A stretch of 63,092 bases of DNA, counting the filler, from Octopus bimaculoides (lineage: Eukaryota): the NCBI RefSeq assembly GCF_001194135.2. It is 7 parts of 7 records of this genome, joined end to end, with 100 filler letters (N's around TTAATTAATTAA, not from the genome) between each part and the next. Parts side by side here need not be neighbours in the genome. Positions count along the whole stretch, not along the records: positions 6,254 to 29,571 come from NC_068995.1; 6 more parts are not named here. One strand, given 5' to 3'. The position numbers and the translations under genes are program-made. Below, piece by piece: positions 12,080 to 24,909 of this stretch. Every line of letters starts with the position of its first letter. The stretch's first letter is position 1. The notes beneath the pieces are model-generated. The model saw only the letters and a program-made list of their open reading frames with translations, was not told the DNA's origin and did not search any database.

Positions 12080-14150
12080 NNNNNNNNNNNNNNNNNNNNN
12101 NNNNNNNNNNNNNNNNNNNNNNNNNNNNNNNNNNNNNNNNNNNNNNNNNNNNNNNNNNNNNNNNNNNNNNNNNNNNNNNNNNNNNNNNNNNNNNNNNNNN
12201 NNNNNNNNNNNNNNNNNNNNNNNNNNNNNNNNNNNNNNNNNNNNNNNNNNNNNNNNNNNNNNNNNNNNNNNNNNNNNNNNNNNNNNNNNNNNNNNNNNNN
12301 NNNNNNNNNNNNNNNNNNNNNNNNNNNNNNNNNNNNNNNNNNNNNNNNNNNNNNNNNNNNNNNNNNNNNNNNNNNNNNNNNNNNNNNNNNNNNNNNNNNN
12401 NNNNNNNNNNNNNNNNNNNNNNNNNNNNNNNNNNNNNNNNNNNNNNNNNNNNNNNNNNNNNNNNNNNNNNNNNNNNNNNNNNNNNNNNNNNNNNNNNNNN
12501 NNNNNNNNNNNNNNNNNNNNNNNNNNNNNNNNNNNNNNNNNNNNNNNNNNNNNNNNNNNNNNNNNNNNNNNNNNNNNNNNNNNNNNNNNNNNNNNNNNNN
12601 NNNNNNNNNNNNNNNNNNNNNNNNNNNNNNNNNNNNNNNNNNNNNNNNNNNNNNNNNNNNNNNNNNNNNNNNNNNNNNNNNNNNNNNNNNNNNNNNNNNN
12701 NNNNNNNNNNNNNNNNNNNNNNNNNNNNNNNNNNNNNNNNNNNNNNNNNNNNNNNNNNNNNNNNNNNNNNNNNNNNNNNNNNNNNNNNNNNNNNNNNNNN
12801 NNNNNNNNNNNNNNNNNNNNNNNNNNNNNNNNNNNNNNNNNNNNNNNNNNNNNNNNNNNNNNNNNNNNNNNNNNNNNNNNNNNNTATATATATATATATA
12901 TATATGATATTTGCATGTATATTTACATGTGTATGTACGTAAGTGCGTGCGCATATGCATCGATGAATACATATGCACATGCACCCGCAGCCACACACAC
13001 ACAAACGCACACTATATGATACAGAAGTTGCTTTTGAATATGTCGATAAACATTTCGCCTCATTGACCCATCAATCCTCTATAGTGATTGTGTGCTATGT
13101 ATGTTGTATAGAAGCATATGTATGTATGTATGTATGTATGTTTTTTCCTATTTTCAATTGCTTAAAGTCATCGTGTAAGGAATGTACTGGTTTCTAACAA
13201 AGGTACAAAGCTCCATCGTGAGAATGTAGATAAGAAAACAACGTGACACTCTGGACTTATGAAAAGTTTTGCATATTTGTACTGTTCCACTTACAGATTG
13301 CTTTAGTAATGCGTGTGTTAGCTGAGTGATTTCTTTTTCTGAAAAGTCTAGCTGTTCAAATTGTTACTTTAGCATTTACTAACAAAATCAGGCGTAGGAA
13401 ATACCGCAAGTGGGCGTTCTGCAGGCAAATACAGTAATAACACATTATCCAAGTAATTAGTTGATAAAACAAAATCTCTTTTGAGTGTCTCAAATTACCC
13501 AGATAATTTGTAGATAAAAATTAACTTTAATAGATGTTAAAGATATAAATTAAGAAAACTTGCAAGGGAGATAACGCTATCAAGATCAGTTGATTGAAAT
13601 GTTTGTACGATATATAACTAATGTAGATTGGAAAGAATTCAAGTTTTAAATATCATAACTACGCCATTTGCATTGTTTATAAATGCTAAACGTTTCACTC
13701 AACTCATTTTATCCCTTACTTATACAGTTTAAGCAAATCTAGAGGGCGACTTTCTCTACTAATTACGTCGGTAATCTCAATCAACAATTTTTAACTCGTT
13801 TATTTTATATATGTAAGACCCTATCGTATGTATATAAACTTTTCATGCAGGCGTATAGATTTTCCCATGTGCGTATGCACAAATACCCGTGTCTTTATAA
13901 GTGTATGGTTATTTGTTTATATGTATATATAGACTGTATTAATAATATTGAATCCGCCATCATCAGGCAAACTCTTACAAAGGTAAGATTTTAAACATCG
14001 ACGCAGGCATATCCAACATTAGCATGGTTATGTCCGGGTCGATGTTTAAAATCTGTCAGGTTTAAAATTTCACCCGATGATCGTGGATTGTATATTACTA
14101 CGATGTAATTTTTTCACTGTGTGTGTGTTTGTGTGTGTGTGTGCGTGCAT

Positions 14151-14195
<45 letters not shown>

Positions 14196-14510
14196 CGTGC
14201 GCGTGCGTGCGTGCGCGAGTGTGTGTATGTGNNNNNNNNNNNNNNNNNNNNNNNNNNNNNNNNNNNNNNNNNNNNNNNNNNNNNNNNNNNNNNNNNNNNN
14301 NNNNNNNNNNNNNNNNNNNNNNNNNNNNNNNNNNNNNNNNNNNNNNNNNNNNNNNNNNNNNNNNNNNNNNNNNNNNNNNNNNNNNNNNNNNNNNNNNNNN
14401 NNNNNNNNNNNNNNNNNNNNNNNNNNNNNNNNNNNNNNNNNNNNNNNNNNNNNNNNNNNNNNNNNNNNNNNNNNNNNNNNNNNNNNNNNNNNNNNNNNNN
14501 NNNNNNNNNN

Positions 14511-14665
14511 GGAGAATATACAAATAATAACAACAAACGAGGACAGGTGGTGTAAATAACAAAAGGATATATTAGTATGACGCTCGGGAATACGGAAAGT
14601 CTTTGACGTTTCGAGCTACGCTCTTCAACAGAAAGAATACGGAGACAAGGAGAAAAACACGGAGA
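14511..14665 (-). mobile_element. Dispersed repeat with hammerhead-like motif (Penelope pLTR-like), copy 1
   Basis: Near-identical to the reverse complement of ~36195-36350, including TCTTTCTGTTGAAGAGCGTAGCTCGAAACGTCAAAGAC. Confidence 0.7.
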
Positions 14666-15104
14666 AATATATATATATTGTATATAGATGTTGGTATGCA
14701 TGTTTGAATATTTGCATACATATACATATACATGCGCATAGATATTTTTATTAATATATTGATACATGAATAACGCGTACGATTGCATGTATGTAGGCGA
14801 TACCCAGACACAGCTTTAGCCACGATTCTGTACACAAACAACGACACCAAATAAATCACTAACACATATAAGTTTGTACATATAGAGGATCATTAGTTCA
14901 GTGGATAAGATACTCGACTTCTTACTCAAAGAAGGTGAGTTCGAATCCCCATAGACGTTTCTTTGACAGATACGAATATATCTACGATGTCTAATTTCAG
15001 TAAGTATTGGGGGTAGATTCATTCAACTAAAAATTCTTCAAAGCGGTGTCCCAGGATGGCCGCAGTCTAATGACCGAAAGAAGTAAAACAAAAAATATAT
15101 ACTA

Positions 15105-16085
15105 GGAAGGAATTTCAACCATGTTTCGTGGTCTGCTACCACAACAGCTCCTTTATAGGATCCAGTTAGCTCAAGACATCATCAGGATGAATCACGTCCG
15201 GTTTCGGCCCCTACTCCTCTACCGTTTTGACGTGGCGGCCCCCTCCCTTTCGGAGGTGTCTTCAGCTCTGGTGTTGAGTGCATGCCTTCTTTCTTCTTTT
15301 CCCTGGCCTCTTTGATGCAGCGTCAACGAGTGTCAGCGGCCGACTGACTGTCTTGACAAATTTCCCTTTAAGTACCCGCTGCTAGGCTCCAGCAGGCATC
15401 CCCAGCAAGTTGTCACGTGACACTGTCTAAACTTTAACTGACCACTGGAGGACGCGTAGTCTTAGCCCACACATCCCCTAACTGAGACCGTCACCTGTCA
15501 ATCAGCAAAGCTACTTCAGTGTCAGCCTGTCTCACCTAATGATGTTATTTTCCTGCCGGCATGTTATGACTTTCAAGCCATATTTGGTCTTCCCGTTTCA
15601 GCCATATATAGAAGCTGGCTTTTTCGACCGCCTCCTGTATCCTCCTTATCAGTTTTCTCAGTTCCGAGCTAGAAAATGCAAATTTTCTTTTGAATGTCAT
15701 TTTTCTTTCAATGAAGCCCCTAGCCCCCACTGTGAGGTGGTAATACTCGATAGTCCATCCCTGTTCTCTGCACTCTTCGATTAGTTTTTCGTACCTCTTC
15801 TCCTTTCGTTTCTCTGCATTGCCGATGTTCTCTTCCCATGGCACTGTCAGTTCTAGCAAAATTCCTACTCTCCGTTCTCTGTTTCACAGGACTAAGTCTG
15901 GTCTTTTTGTCGTTTTTATGAGTGGAAATATTACTAGCCTTCCCAAATCCGTGGCCAACTCCCAGTATCCCTTCCATCTTTCGTCTATCTCATATATTTT
16001 ATTTAGAGGCCTCGTCTTATGTCCTTTTCCCTCCTTCTGGAAGTATATTTTGTTTATAGCTTTTGTTTTTTTACCGTTTATTTGT
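15105..16085 (-). mobile_element. 5'-truncated HERO-like RLE non-LTR retrotransposon (endonuclease domain and 3' UTR)
   Basis: Frames read WELATDLGRLVIFP...KRPDLVL and ELTVPWEENIGNAEKRKEKRYEKL...QGW...VGARGF...EKASFYIWLKR, matching the HERO-type PD-(D/E)xK signature as I recall it. GC-richer 3' UTR at 15105-15544. Confidence 0.8.
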
Positions 16086-16300
16086 TTCAATCATAAGACT
16101 GCGGTCATGCTGGGGCACCACCTTGAAGTTGTTTTAGTCGAATGAATCAACCGCAGTACATTTTAGTTAAGCCTGATACTTATCCTATCAGTGACTTTTG
16201 CCGAACCAGTAGATTACAGGGACGTAAATACACCACCACCATCACCAGTTATCAAGCGGTGGAGGTGGGGACGAACGCTGACACAAACACACAAACACAC
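16085..16300 (-). mobile_element. SINE family B, 3' half
   Basis: GACTGCGGTCATGCTGGGGCACCACCTT...GGGACGTAAATACACCA module; it truncates the HERO-like element. Confidence 0.8.
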
Positions 16301-16329
16301 ACGCACATACACATACACACACATACATA

Positions 16330-16637
16330 CAGGGTACAATGGGTAAATTCTCGCCATTTTAAATATTTAATTTTGCGCATACGCATTGTTTGTTTTTGAT
16401 TTTGTCAACTACACAATATGGTAGGGTCAGTTGGGCACCGTCTGTGAGAAAAGTAGCACCATGATACAATTTACTTTACCCGAAATTTGGAAACAACATG
16501 CTGTGGTGCTTCGAATTTGCGCCAGAAGTTCCAATACGAACATTTCAGAGTGTTTGGGTGTCAACCTGAGGACAGTGTAGAGGATTCAGAAAGAGTTGGA
16601 TGAGTCTAATGGTGCTGACGAAGATACAGCAGCTCCA
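16330..16637 (+). mobile_element. Tc1/mariner-type transposon 5' end with disrupted transposase N-terminus
   Basis: Starts TA|CAGGGT. ATG at 16461 gives MIQFTLPEIWKQHAVVLRICARSSNTNISECLGVNLRTV*RIQKEL, an HTH-like transposase start. Confidence 0.55.
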
Positions 16638-17439
16638 TAAACATATATACACATACATACATATATATACATACATATGTATATATATATTAATATTAAT
16701 TTTCATGCGTTGTTATATAGTCAGATATGAAATTGTAGGATCACCCAGTATATTTCAGTATAGCAACGTGTTTTATTTTTGTAAGAAATAAGTTAGATGA
16801 CTGTTACATCAAAGTTTCTGCTCACTCGCCGTTATCTTACCGCAAATTTGCTTATGTTTTCCAGGCATTATATTCATATTTATATATTTTGAAGGCGATT
16901 CATCTTGTGGGTGGAGCAATGTGGTTGCATTCCGACAGAACATGAAAAAAAAATGAAGAAAAAAGGAGGGAAACAAAGCAAGCGTGTAAGAGTAGGGTAC
17001 AGATGAATAGATGGTAAAGATATATTCTTGATCTGACAGTACAACCATATTGGTTGTTGATTACTAAGTTGGTCATCTTTTGTATGAGAAATTATCGTTT
17101 GTTTATATGCTATTGTTTGGCTTCATTCAAGCACGTATGTAAAAACAGGTTCTTGGATTTAGGTTTGTATAGGAGCACAGATGACAGGTAACTCATAGAC
17201 AGATTACATTCAGCAGCTTCTGTTGAACGTTTTGGACTCTAGTCAGGTGATTTCTCTCTGGTTGGTTGTAGTTAGTGTAAGAAATTAATAGTCGATTTTA
17301 TGCTATTCTTAAGGTTCATTCAAACATCTTTGCAAGTATATGCGCGATAAATTAGATTTGTAAGTAGGTAGGTAGGTATATATGAGAGTGTATGTATGTG
17401 TGTATGTATGTATGTGCATTTGTTTATATACAGATGTTC

Positions 17440-17719
17440 ATATAAATATATTCCCGTGTATATCTTTGTCTTGGCAAGGTTGTTTATGGAAGACCAGCAG
17501 TCGTACATGCACACCAGCCTCCCCTCTCCACGCCACTGATGTTGTCCAAGGGAAAAGCAAAGGCCGATACAGCTTGGCAATAGTGACGTCACAACTCATT
17601 TTTACAGTTGAGTGAACTGGAGCAACGTGAAATAATGTGTCTTGTTGTAGAACACAATAGACAGCCCGGTCCGGGAATCGTACATCATGATTGTGAGCAT
17701 CGCGCTTACAATCACGAGG
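17440..17719 (-). mobile_element. SINE family C copy
   Basis: Reverse complement of the 11896 copy, extended 3' to a GACTGCTGGTCTTCCATAAACAACCTTGCC tail. Confidence 0.8.
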
Positions 17720-17723
17720 TACA

Positions 17724-17792
<69 letters not shown>

Positions 17793-17929
17793 ACACTTGT
17801 CGTACCTAAATATATTTGTGAATCGCTCATATAAAAACGTGAGTAGTAATATGCGTGCACTGATGACATGATGGATAACATATGTACGCATATAAAAATA
17901 TACGCATAGTGATATGTTATATACACGTA

Positions 17930-17965
<36 letters not shown>

Positions 17966-20156
17966 TGTAGGTATGCATGCATATATGTATGTATGTATGT
18001 ATGTATGTATATGTATATTATAGCTGAGTTTATTTTTCAGGAGCAAGGCGTTTATCGTAATTAGCTGCAGGAGAAATTTACAGTTTTAAAATAGCGCTGT
18101 GTTTTAAAGATTCTAAGTTTACAGAAAGAGATTAACTCTGAATTGCGGTCCAGTATCTAATTTTAGACGAAGGAATTGAATTAAGTGGTGTAATGTAGGG
18201 AAGGTCTATTATTTGCTTGCTATTTTTGTGTGGATCTCAATAATATTCAATTAATACTATGTGGAATGCTTTGGGCTTCAATGACCATATATATTTAGAA
18301 AAATGATGTGTCATTTTTCCCTATTTGAGTGACGAAATGTATCTGTGTGTTGGTGGTATTTTGTTTTGAACCAGTTACCAGTGAAACTTATAAATGAGAT
18401 TGAAATCAGGTTTGTGGTGTTGATGGTTACTGTTGCGCTATAAATTATGATACATACAAAGTAAATTACTGTCTAAAGGGCAGGATGAAAGGTGTTACAA
18501 TTGCAATTTGTTGGGTTGAGTATATAGTGTTAGTTTTCATATATAGATAATTGTAATTCGTTCTGCTTTGGTATATTTTTTCAAAGTAGCTAGTTGTAGA
18601 ATGTGATATTGTCACATTATGTTTGTTTATACGTTTGTGTTTGTGATACTTATGGTTAGGGTAGAAATGTGTTTGAAGTGTTTTGAAGACTAAACCAGTT
18701 ATTGACGTAGAGACTTGTAGATTGAAAAGTGGAATGAACCAGGTAATCTTTCTTTCCTATTTCATGCTTCTTAGTTACTATCGGTGTGGTGTTGTTTCTG
18801 TATTGGAATGTTTTTTTTTTTATATCAGCTATTGTGAAATGCTTCGTTATATGCTGTTTCAATTTCGTTGAATTCATAGTCATTAGATATTATCAAGACT
18901 TTTCTGCTCACAGAAATATACTACAATGTCATACCTCCTTTGCTGCCACATTGTTCCACTCAAAAGTCGAACCCCGAGAAAAGTATATAGAAGCTATGCA
19001 ATACCAAACTAATTTACAGTCTTATGACGGTTACTAAGCCGAAACATCGAGTTGTCCACCTTTTTGCTTGTACAATTAAAACAAATATATGTGCGTGAAT
19101 GAATATGTGTAGTGTGTGAGTGTGTGTGTATGTGAGTGTGGGGGGAGGAGTGAGTGAGAAAGAAAGAGGGAGACAGGGAGAGAAAGAGAAGGGTGGAGAA
19201 CGATAAAGAGAGAAAGTGAGAGTGAGAGAGAGAATTAAGGCAATGAGAGACACAGTTATTCTGACCGGCTTTCTATAATATAAATTAAAATTTCCGGTGC
19301 TCGCTACTCATACAGTTGAAGGTTCCCTCCAGGAAGAACTCTGGTCTATCACAATATCAATCCCAGCTGCTGCTAGAACACTTTTTCAGCTTTAGTTTGA
19401 CTGGAGCGACGCGGAAGAAAGTGCTTTGCTCAAGAAAGCAATGCGCAGCCCAACCCCGGAATCAAACGCCTGATATAACAATAGTGAGGATTTATCATTA
19501 TATAAATGGTTAATTATAAGTAGGTTTTTTTAATGAACACAAAGGTTATCAGTATTCGCATTTTTGTCTGTCTCGCCCAGTTATTAGTAAACATAATGCG
19601 TTCATTACTTATTACTATTGAGTTTTAAATAAATAGATTAAAAAGTAACTTATAAGATTAATATAGTTGTGGGAGTTTGGCTTAGGGGGTGGTCTGGAAG
19701 AAAACTGAATTTTCAATCAATTATTTTAAATTCGAGTGCGACAATGGAAGGGTCGAGATGAAATCATCGGCAGGTCGTGGTCAGAGGACTGTTTGGTCTT
19801 ATTCAGACCTCGACAAGGCACCGACGTAAACATCTAAACCAATGCCGGACTCTTTTGCCGATCGCAAAGTTACGAGGACGTAAACAAGCCAACACCGGTT
19901 GTCAAACGATGGTAGTGCAAGAAAATACAAATACGAACACACATTCATTTTACCCTGTAGCCTTTTAAAACCTTAAAAATAATCCATAGACCCACAGTAC
20001 TATCTTTGCGAATCAATAGAGGTCTTCGGACCCTTGAATGGTAACCGCTTCTCTACGCAGTCTTTAAGCCAGCTAGAAACAGCACCCAAATCTCCTTCAA
20101 ATCACACTCTAAGAAATACTGAAAGACTCAGTGGGTGATATAGTTTTAGACAGAGT

Positions 20157-20546
20157 GACTGACTGACTGGCACTCCGTCGCTTACGACGTCGAGGGTTCC
20201 AGTTGATCCGATGAACGAAACAGCCTGCTCGTGAAATTAACGTGCAAGTGGATGAGCACTCCACAGACACGTGTACCCTTAACGTAGTACTCGGGGATAT
20301 TCAGCGTGACATAGTGTGACAAGGCTGACCCTTTGAATTACAGGCACAACAGAAACAGGAAGTAAGAGTGAGAGAAAGTTGTGGTGAAAGAGTACAGCAG
20401 GGTTCGCCACCATCCCCTGCCGGAGCCTCGTGGAGCTTAAGGTGTTTTCGCTCAATAAACACTCACAACGCCCGGTCAGGGAATCGGGACCGCGATCCTA
20501 AGACCGCGAGTCCGCTGCCCTAACCACTGGGCCATTGCGCCTCCAC
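20157..20546 (-). mobile_element. Full-length tRNA-derived SINE (family E) with 12-bp target-site duplication
   Basis: Minus-strand head GTGGAGGCGCAATGGCCCAGTGGTTAGGGCAGCGG, (AGTC)n tail, and TSD TTTAGACAGAGT at 20145-20156 and 20547-20558. Second copy at 56226-56517. Confidence 0.9.
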
Positions 20547-20955
20547 TTTAGACAGAGTATATGTCTGATTATAATACGAGTTTGATATGGCTGGAATTTC
20601 TTTGAATACAGTTCTGCTTAATCGGTGGGTGGCTATTACTAACACTATCGACTGAAATGATGATAAACAATTGCCGTGAATCAATTTGTTTTATTGGCTA
20701 AAACGTTCAATTTTAGTATTCAAAGCTTAAGTAACAAGATCGTATTTATAGTAAATGGCTGACTGCCAAACTTGCACTAATGTATACCATAATGCATCGG
20801 GAATGTCTAAAGGAAGCAGCAATAATGATGTCATAGCATTCACCGGTGCTTTAAAGACTTAATCTATCCGGTGCTTTCTGGATCTTGATGAGCGACAAAG
20901 AAATTGAAGATTTTGAATTTTGATTTGATTTGGAATAACTGGATCGATACTGGAC

Positions 20956-21203
20956 TGCAATATTATTACCAGTTCGAACATGCCATTGGCAAGTTCGAAC
21001 TCGTAAACAAGCCATTCACTGTGTTTTGTCATGGAGAGATTTTTCGCTGTAGACAAATGGATAATTGGTGCTGCGAAATGATTTAGGTGTATTTACACCA
21101 TTTGTCTACAGGGAGGAATTTTCTCCATGACAAAACACAGTGAATGGCTTGTTTACGAGTTCGAACTTGCCACTGGCATATTCGAACTGGTAATAACATT
21201 GCA
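20956..21203. repeat. Long inverted repeat (~105-bp arms, 37-nt spacer)
   Basis: 20956-21060 pairs with 21098-21203 with few mismatches. Confidence 0.95.
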
Positions 21204-21624
21204 TTTATACACATCACTGCTTAGCGCCCCCACCTCACAATACTGCTTCTCAACAAATCACTACGGAAATCAGCAGCGCAGCATCCATCAGCGGATCCAG
21301 AGTTTGCCTGAGACGGGTAATTTCAACAAGTTGACATCGCGTCCATTACAAGCGAAACTTTCTTCGTTGGAATCAGAGTTTGATTCGATATATTCCAGAT
21401 GAGAATATATTTTAAGCAGAGATAGGTTCAGTGCGATCTGATAGTTATCGATACGAGCATAATAATAAGTTAGGTGAATTAATTTAAATTGATCCCCCAT
21501 TGGCTCAGATTTATTGTTAGGATTAAACCGCCTAAGCGAAGCCTCTCCAGGTTCTAACATTCATCCAAGTAAAGGCTGTTCTATTGACAATCGACGCTTA
21601 AAGTTAACTAGACTTTCGTATTTA

Positions 21625-21855
21625 TTTCTTTATTGCCCACAGAGGGTTAAACATAGAGGGAACAAACAAGGACAGACAAACGGATTTAGTCGATTACATC
21701 CACCTCACAGCGTAACTGGTATTTATTTAATCGACCCCGAAAGGATGAAAGGCTAAGTCGACCTCGGCGGAATTTGAACACAGAACGTAACGGCAGACGG
21801 AATACCGCTATGCATTTCGTCCGGCGTGCTAACGATTCTGCCAGCTCGCCGCCTT
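21625..21855 (-). mobile_element. SINE family A, alternative-tail variant
   Basis: Family A core plus the CTTTATTGCCCACAGAGGG...GGACAGACAAA tail, which also occurs at ~51065-51130. Confidence 0.85.
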
Positions 21856-22850
21856 TCGTATAGTGACAGGTCAATGGTATTACCTAGAAGGGGCCTTATA
21901 GTATGGAGCGATTTTCCCCCAAATATCACTCCGTTGATTTCTGGCAGCTTTCTTGAATGAATGACAAATGTAATTGCTCTCCATAGTGCTTCGTGTAGAC
22001 ATTCCATTTGACTGTTTCTAGTACAGAGATATGGATTTATTGTGGTTTGATCAATACCACTTTGATTTTGCCGGAAAGTGTTAACAATGAATATGTAGGT
22101 CAGCGTTCCGATTCTCTCTCTTTACCGCGTATATGACAATCTATCATCGGTTGGCAGATAACAGCACGCATCAGCAAGCAATTTATTTGATGAAGTTTAA
22201 ACAAAAGCCACAAAGACTTGTTAGGTTCATTAGTCTAAGATGAAGGCACGTGGCCAAGTGGTTCGGGTGTCGCACTCACGATCACGCGAGCGGGGTTTCG
22301 ATTTTCAGAAATGGCTGTGAGCAAAACTTCATTTCACGTTACTCCAGTCCACTCAGCTGTAAATGAACCTTGTAGCAGATTGGTGTACAGGATTCAGGAT
22401 TCAGGAATATCACTCGAGCTACTTACCACACACTCTGCTTGAAAAATACCGGAATGTCGGGAATGAAATGCTTCTCATGGTAGGTTTCCCCATGTTGAGC
22501 TAACTTAGAGCTAACAAAAAGTTACAACAACCAACAGCAGCAACCAAGATGACAAGTGATGTTAGCTATTGCTCAATATGAGTGTGATGTTTGCAATAGT
22601 CGAGAAATAAAACAGAATCAACGTGATAGAGCATGCGGTGTAAAAGAGAAAGAATGAACCTATTACCAGTACTCATTTCATCGATTCTGGTCGGATGAAA
22701 GACAGTCAACCACAGCGAGATTTGAACTCAGGGAGAAAAGGGATGTAATGAAATACTACAAAGCCTGGTTTCTACTACTCTACTGATTCTGCTATTTGCT
22801 ATAATAATAAAATAGTATGTAATGAATAAAATAAAATATATTTGTATATA

Positions 22851-23203
22851 GGCGCAGGAGTGGCTGTGTGGTAAGTAGCTTGCTTACCAACCACATGGTT
22901 CCGGGTTCATTCCCACTGCGTGGCACTTTGGGCAAGTGTCTTCGACTATAGCCTCGGGCCGACCAAAGCCTTGTGAGTGGATTTGGTAGACGGAAACTGA
23001 AAGAAGCCCGTCATATATATGTATATATACATGTGTGTTTGTGTGTCTGTGTTTGTCCCCCCCAACATCGCTTGACAACCGATGCTGGTGTGTTTACGTC
23101 CCCGTAACCTAGCGGTTCGGCAAAAGAGACCGATAGAATAAGTACTAGGCTTCCAAAGAATAAGTCCTGGGGTCGATTTTCTCGACTAAAGGCGGTGCTC
23201 CAG
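22851..23203 (+). mobile_element. Near full-length SINE family B (3' end in gap)
   Basis: Head GGCGCAGGAGTGGCTGTGTGGTAAG...CCGGGTTCATTCCC, body GATTTGGTAGACGGAAACTGAAAGAAGCCCG, internal (TA)/(GT) seed and the 3' module. Confidence 0.9.
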
Positions 23204-24215
23204 NNNNNNNNNNNNNNNNNNNNNNNNNNNNNNNNNNNNNNNNNNNNNNNNNNNNNNNNNNNNNNNNNNNNNNNNNNNNNNNNNNNNNNNNNNNNNNNNN
23301 NNNNNNNNNNNNNNNNNNNNNNNNNNNNNNNNNNNNNNNNNNNNNNNNNNNNNNNNNNNNNNNNNNNNNNNNNNNNNNNNNNNNNNNNNNNNNNNNNNNN
23401 NNNNNNNNNNNNNNNNNNNNNNNNNNNNNNNNNNNNNNNNNNNNNNNNNNNNNNNNNNNNNNNNNNNNNNNNNNNNNNNNNNNNNNNNNNNNNNNNNNNN
23501 NNNNNNNNNNNNNNNNNNNNNNNNNNNNNNNNNNNNNNNNNNNNNNNNNNNNNNNNNNNNNNNNNNNNNNNNNNNNNNNNNNNNNNNNNNNNNNNNNNNN
23601 NNNNNNNNNNNNNNNNNNNNNNNNNNNNNNNNNNNNNNNNNNNNNNNNNNNNNNNNNNNNNNNNNNNNNNNNNNNNNNNNNNNNNNNNNNNNNNNNNNNN
23701 NNNNNNNNNNNNNNNNNNNNNNNNNNNNNNNNNNNNNNNNNNNNNNNNNNNNNNNNNNNNNNNNNNNNNNNNNNNNNNNNNNNNNNNNNNNNNNNNNNNN
23801 NNNNNNNNNNNNNNNNNNNNNNNNNNNNNNNNNNNNNNNNNNNNNNNNNNNNNNNNNNNNNNNNNNNNNNNNNNNNNNNNNNNNNNNNNNNNNNNNNNNN
23901 NNNNNNNNNNNNNNNNNNNNNNNNNNNNNNNNNNNNNNNNNNNNNNNNNNNNNNNNNNNNNNNNNNNNNNNNNNNNNNNNNNNNNNNNNNNNNNNNNNNN
24001 NNNNNNAAATACTGTCTATGTGATCTCAAATTTTAAAACAAACACATAATTTTCTTACGGTTTCTTAAACATTCTCTAGAACAACACTGTACAAATTCAA
24101 ATATATGGTACCCTAGGCATAACACCTACATGAACTTCTAACTTGTTGTCTCTTGAGGTCTCTGGGTGAGACTTGGATCCAACTTGTACAAATGCAAAGC
24201 AAAAGTCAAACATAA

Positions 24216-24302
<87 letters not shown>

Positions 24303-24324
24303 AATAATAATAATAATAATAATA

Positions 24325-24510
24325 ATAGTTAGCACGCTGGATAAAATACTTAGCAGCATTTCGTCTGTCTTTACGTTCTGACCTCACATTCCATTGAGAT
24401 CGGCTTTGCCTTTCATCCTTCAGAATCGATAAGATAAGTACCAGTCAAATATTGGAGTCGATGTAATTGATCTCCCGTTTCCCTAAGAAAAGTGCTGGCC
24501 CTGTGCCAAA
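24325..24510 (+). mobile_element. SINE family A copy
   Basis: GTTAGCACGCTGGATAAAATACTTAGC...CTTTGCCTTTCATCCTT...ATAAGTACCAG. Confidence 0.75.
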
Positions 24511-24909
24511 ATTTGAAACTGTTATTATTTTTCTTCTTCTTTTCTTCTTTCAATCTTGTTTCCATTTCTTGCCGAGTGTCTTCCCGACACCTAGGGCAAA
24601 AAACAATCACTGCATACATTGGCTGGCCATTAAAATAAACACACCAGATTGGCCACTTACAAATTCAAGTTATGTGATAGAAAGAAGGGAAGAAACAAAA
24701 AAAAAGGAAAGTAGACAAAATAGAAAAAATAGGAAAACACAAAAACAAAAAAATTAAACCAAAGAAAATAAAGAAAAATTAAACCGAAAAAAAAAACCAA
24801 AAAAGGAAAGGAAATAATTCACAGCGACAATGCTCTTCTCAGTCCGTGTGACGTACCAGTTAAAACAATCTTTTGCATGGATGGTAAACCAAGGATCATT
24901 CTCAAATAA

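Noticed and set aside
14887-14951. tRNA-like sequence (TAGTTCAGTGG...GTTCGAATCCC)
   Set aside because: No complete cloverleaf or acceptor stem; best explained as a decayed SINE head, like the other tRNA-like heads in the window.
21127-21560. Overlapping ~90-aa ORFs next to the 20956-21203 hairpin
   Set aside because: Partly mirror products of the inverted repeat, with no recognisable family or splice support.
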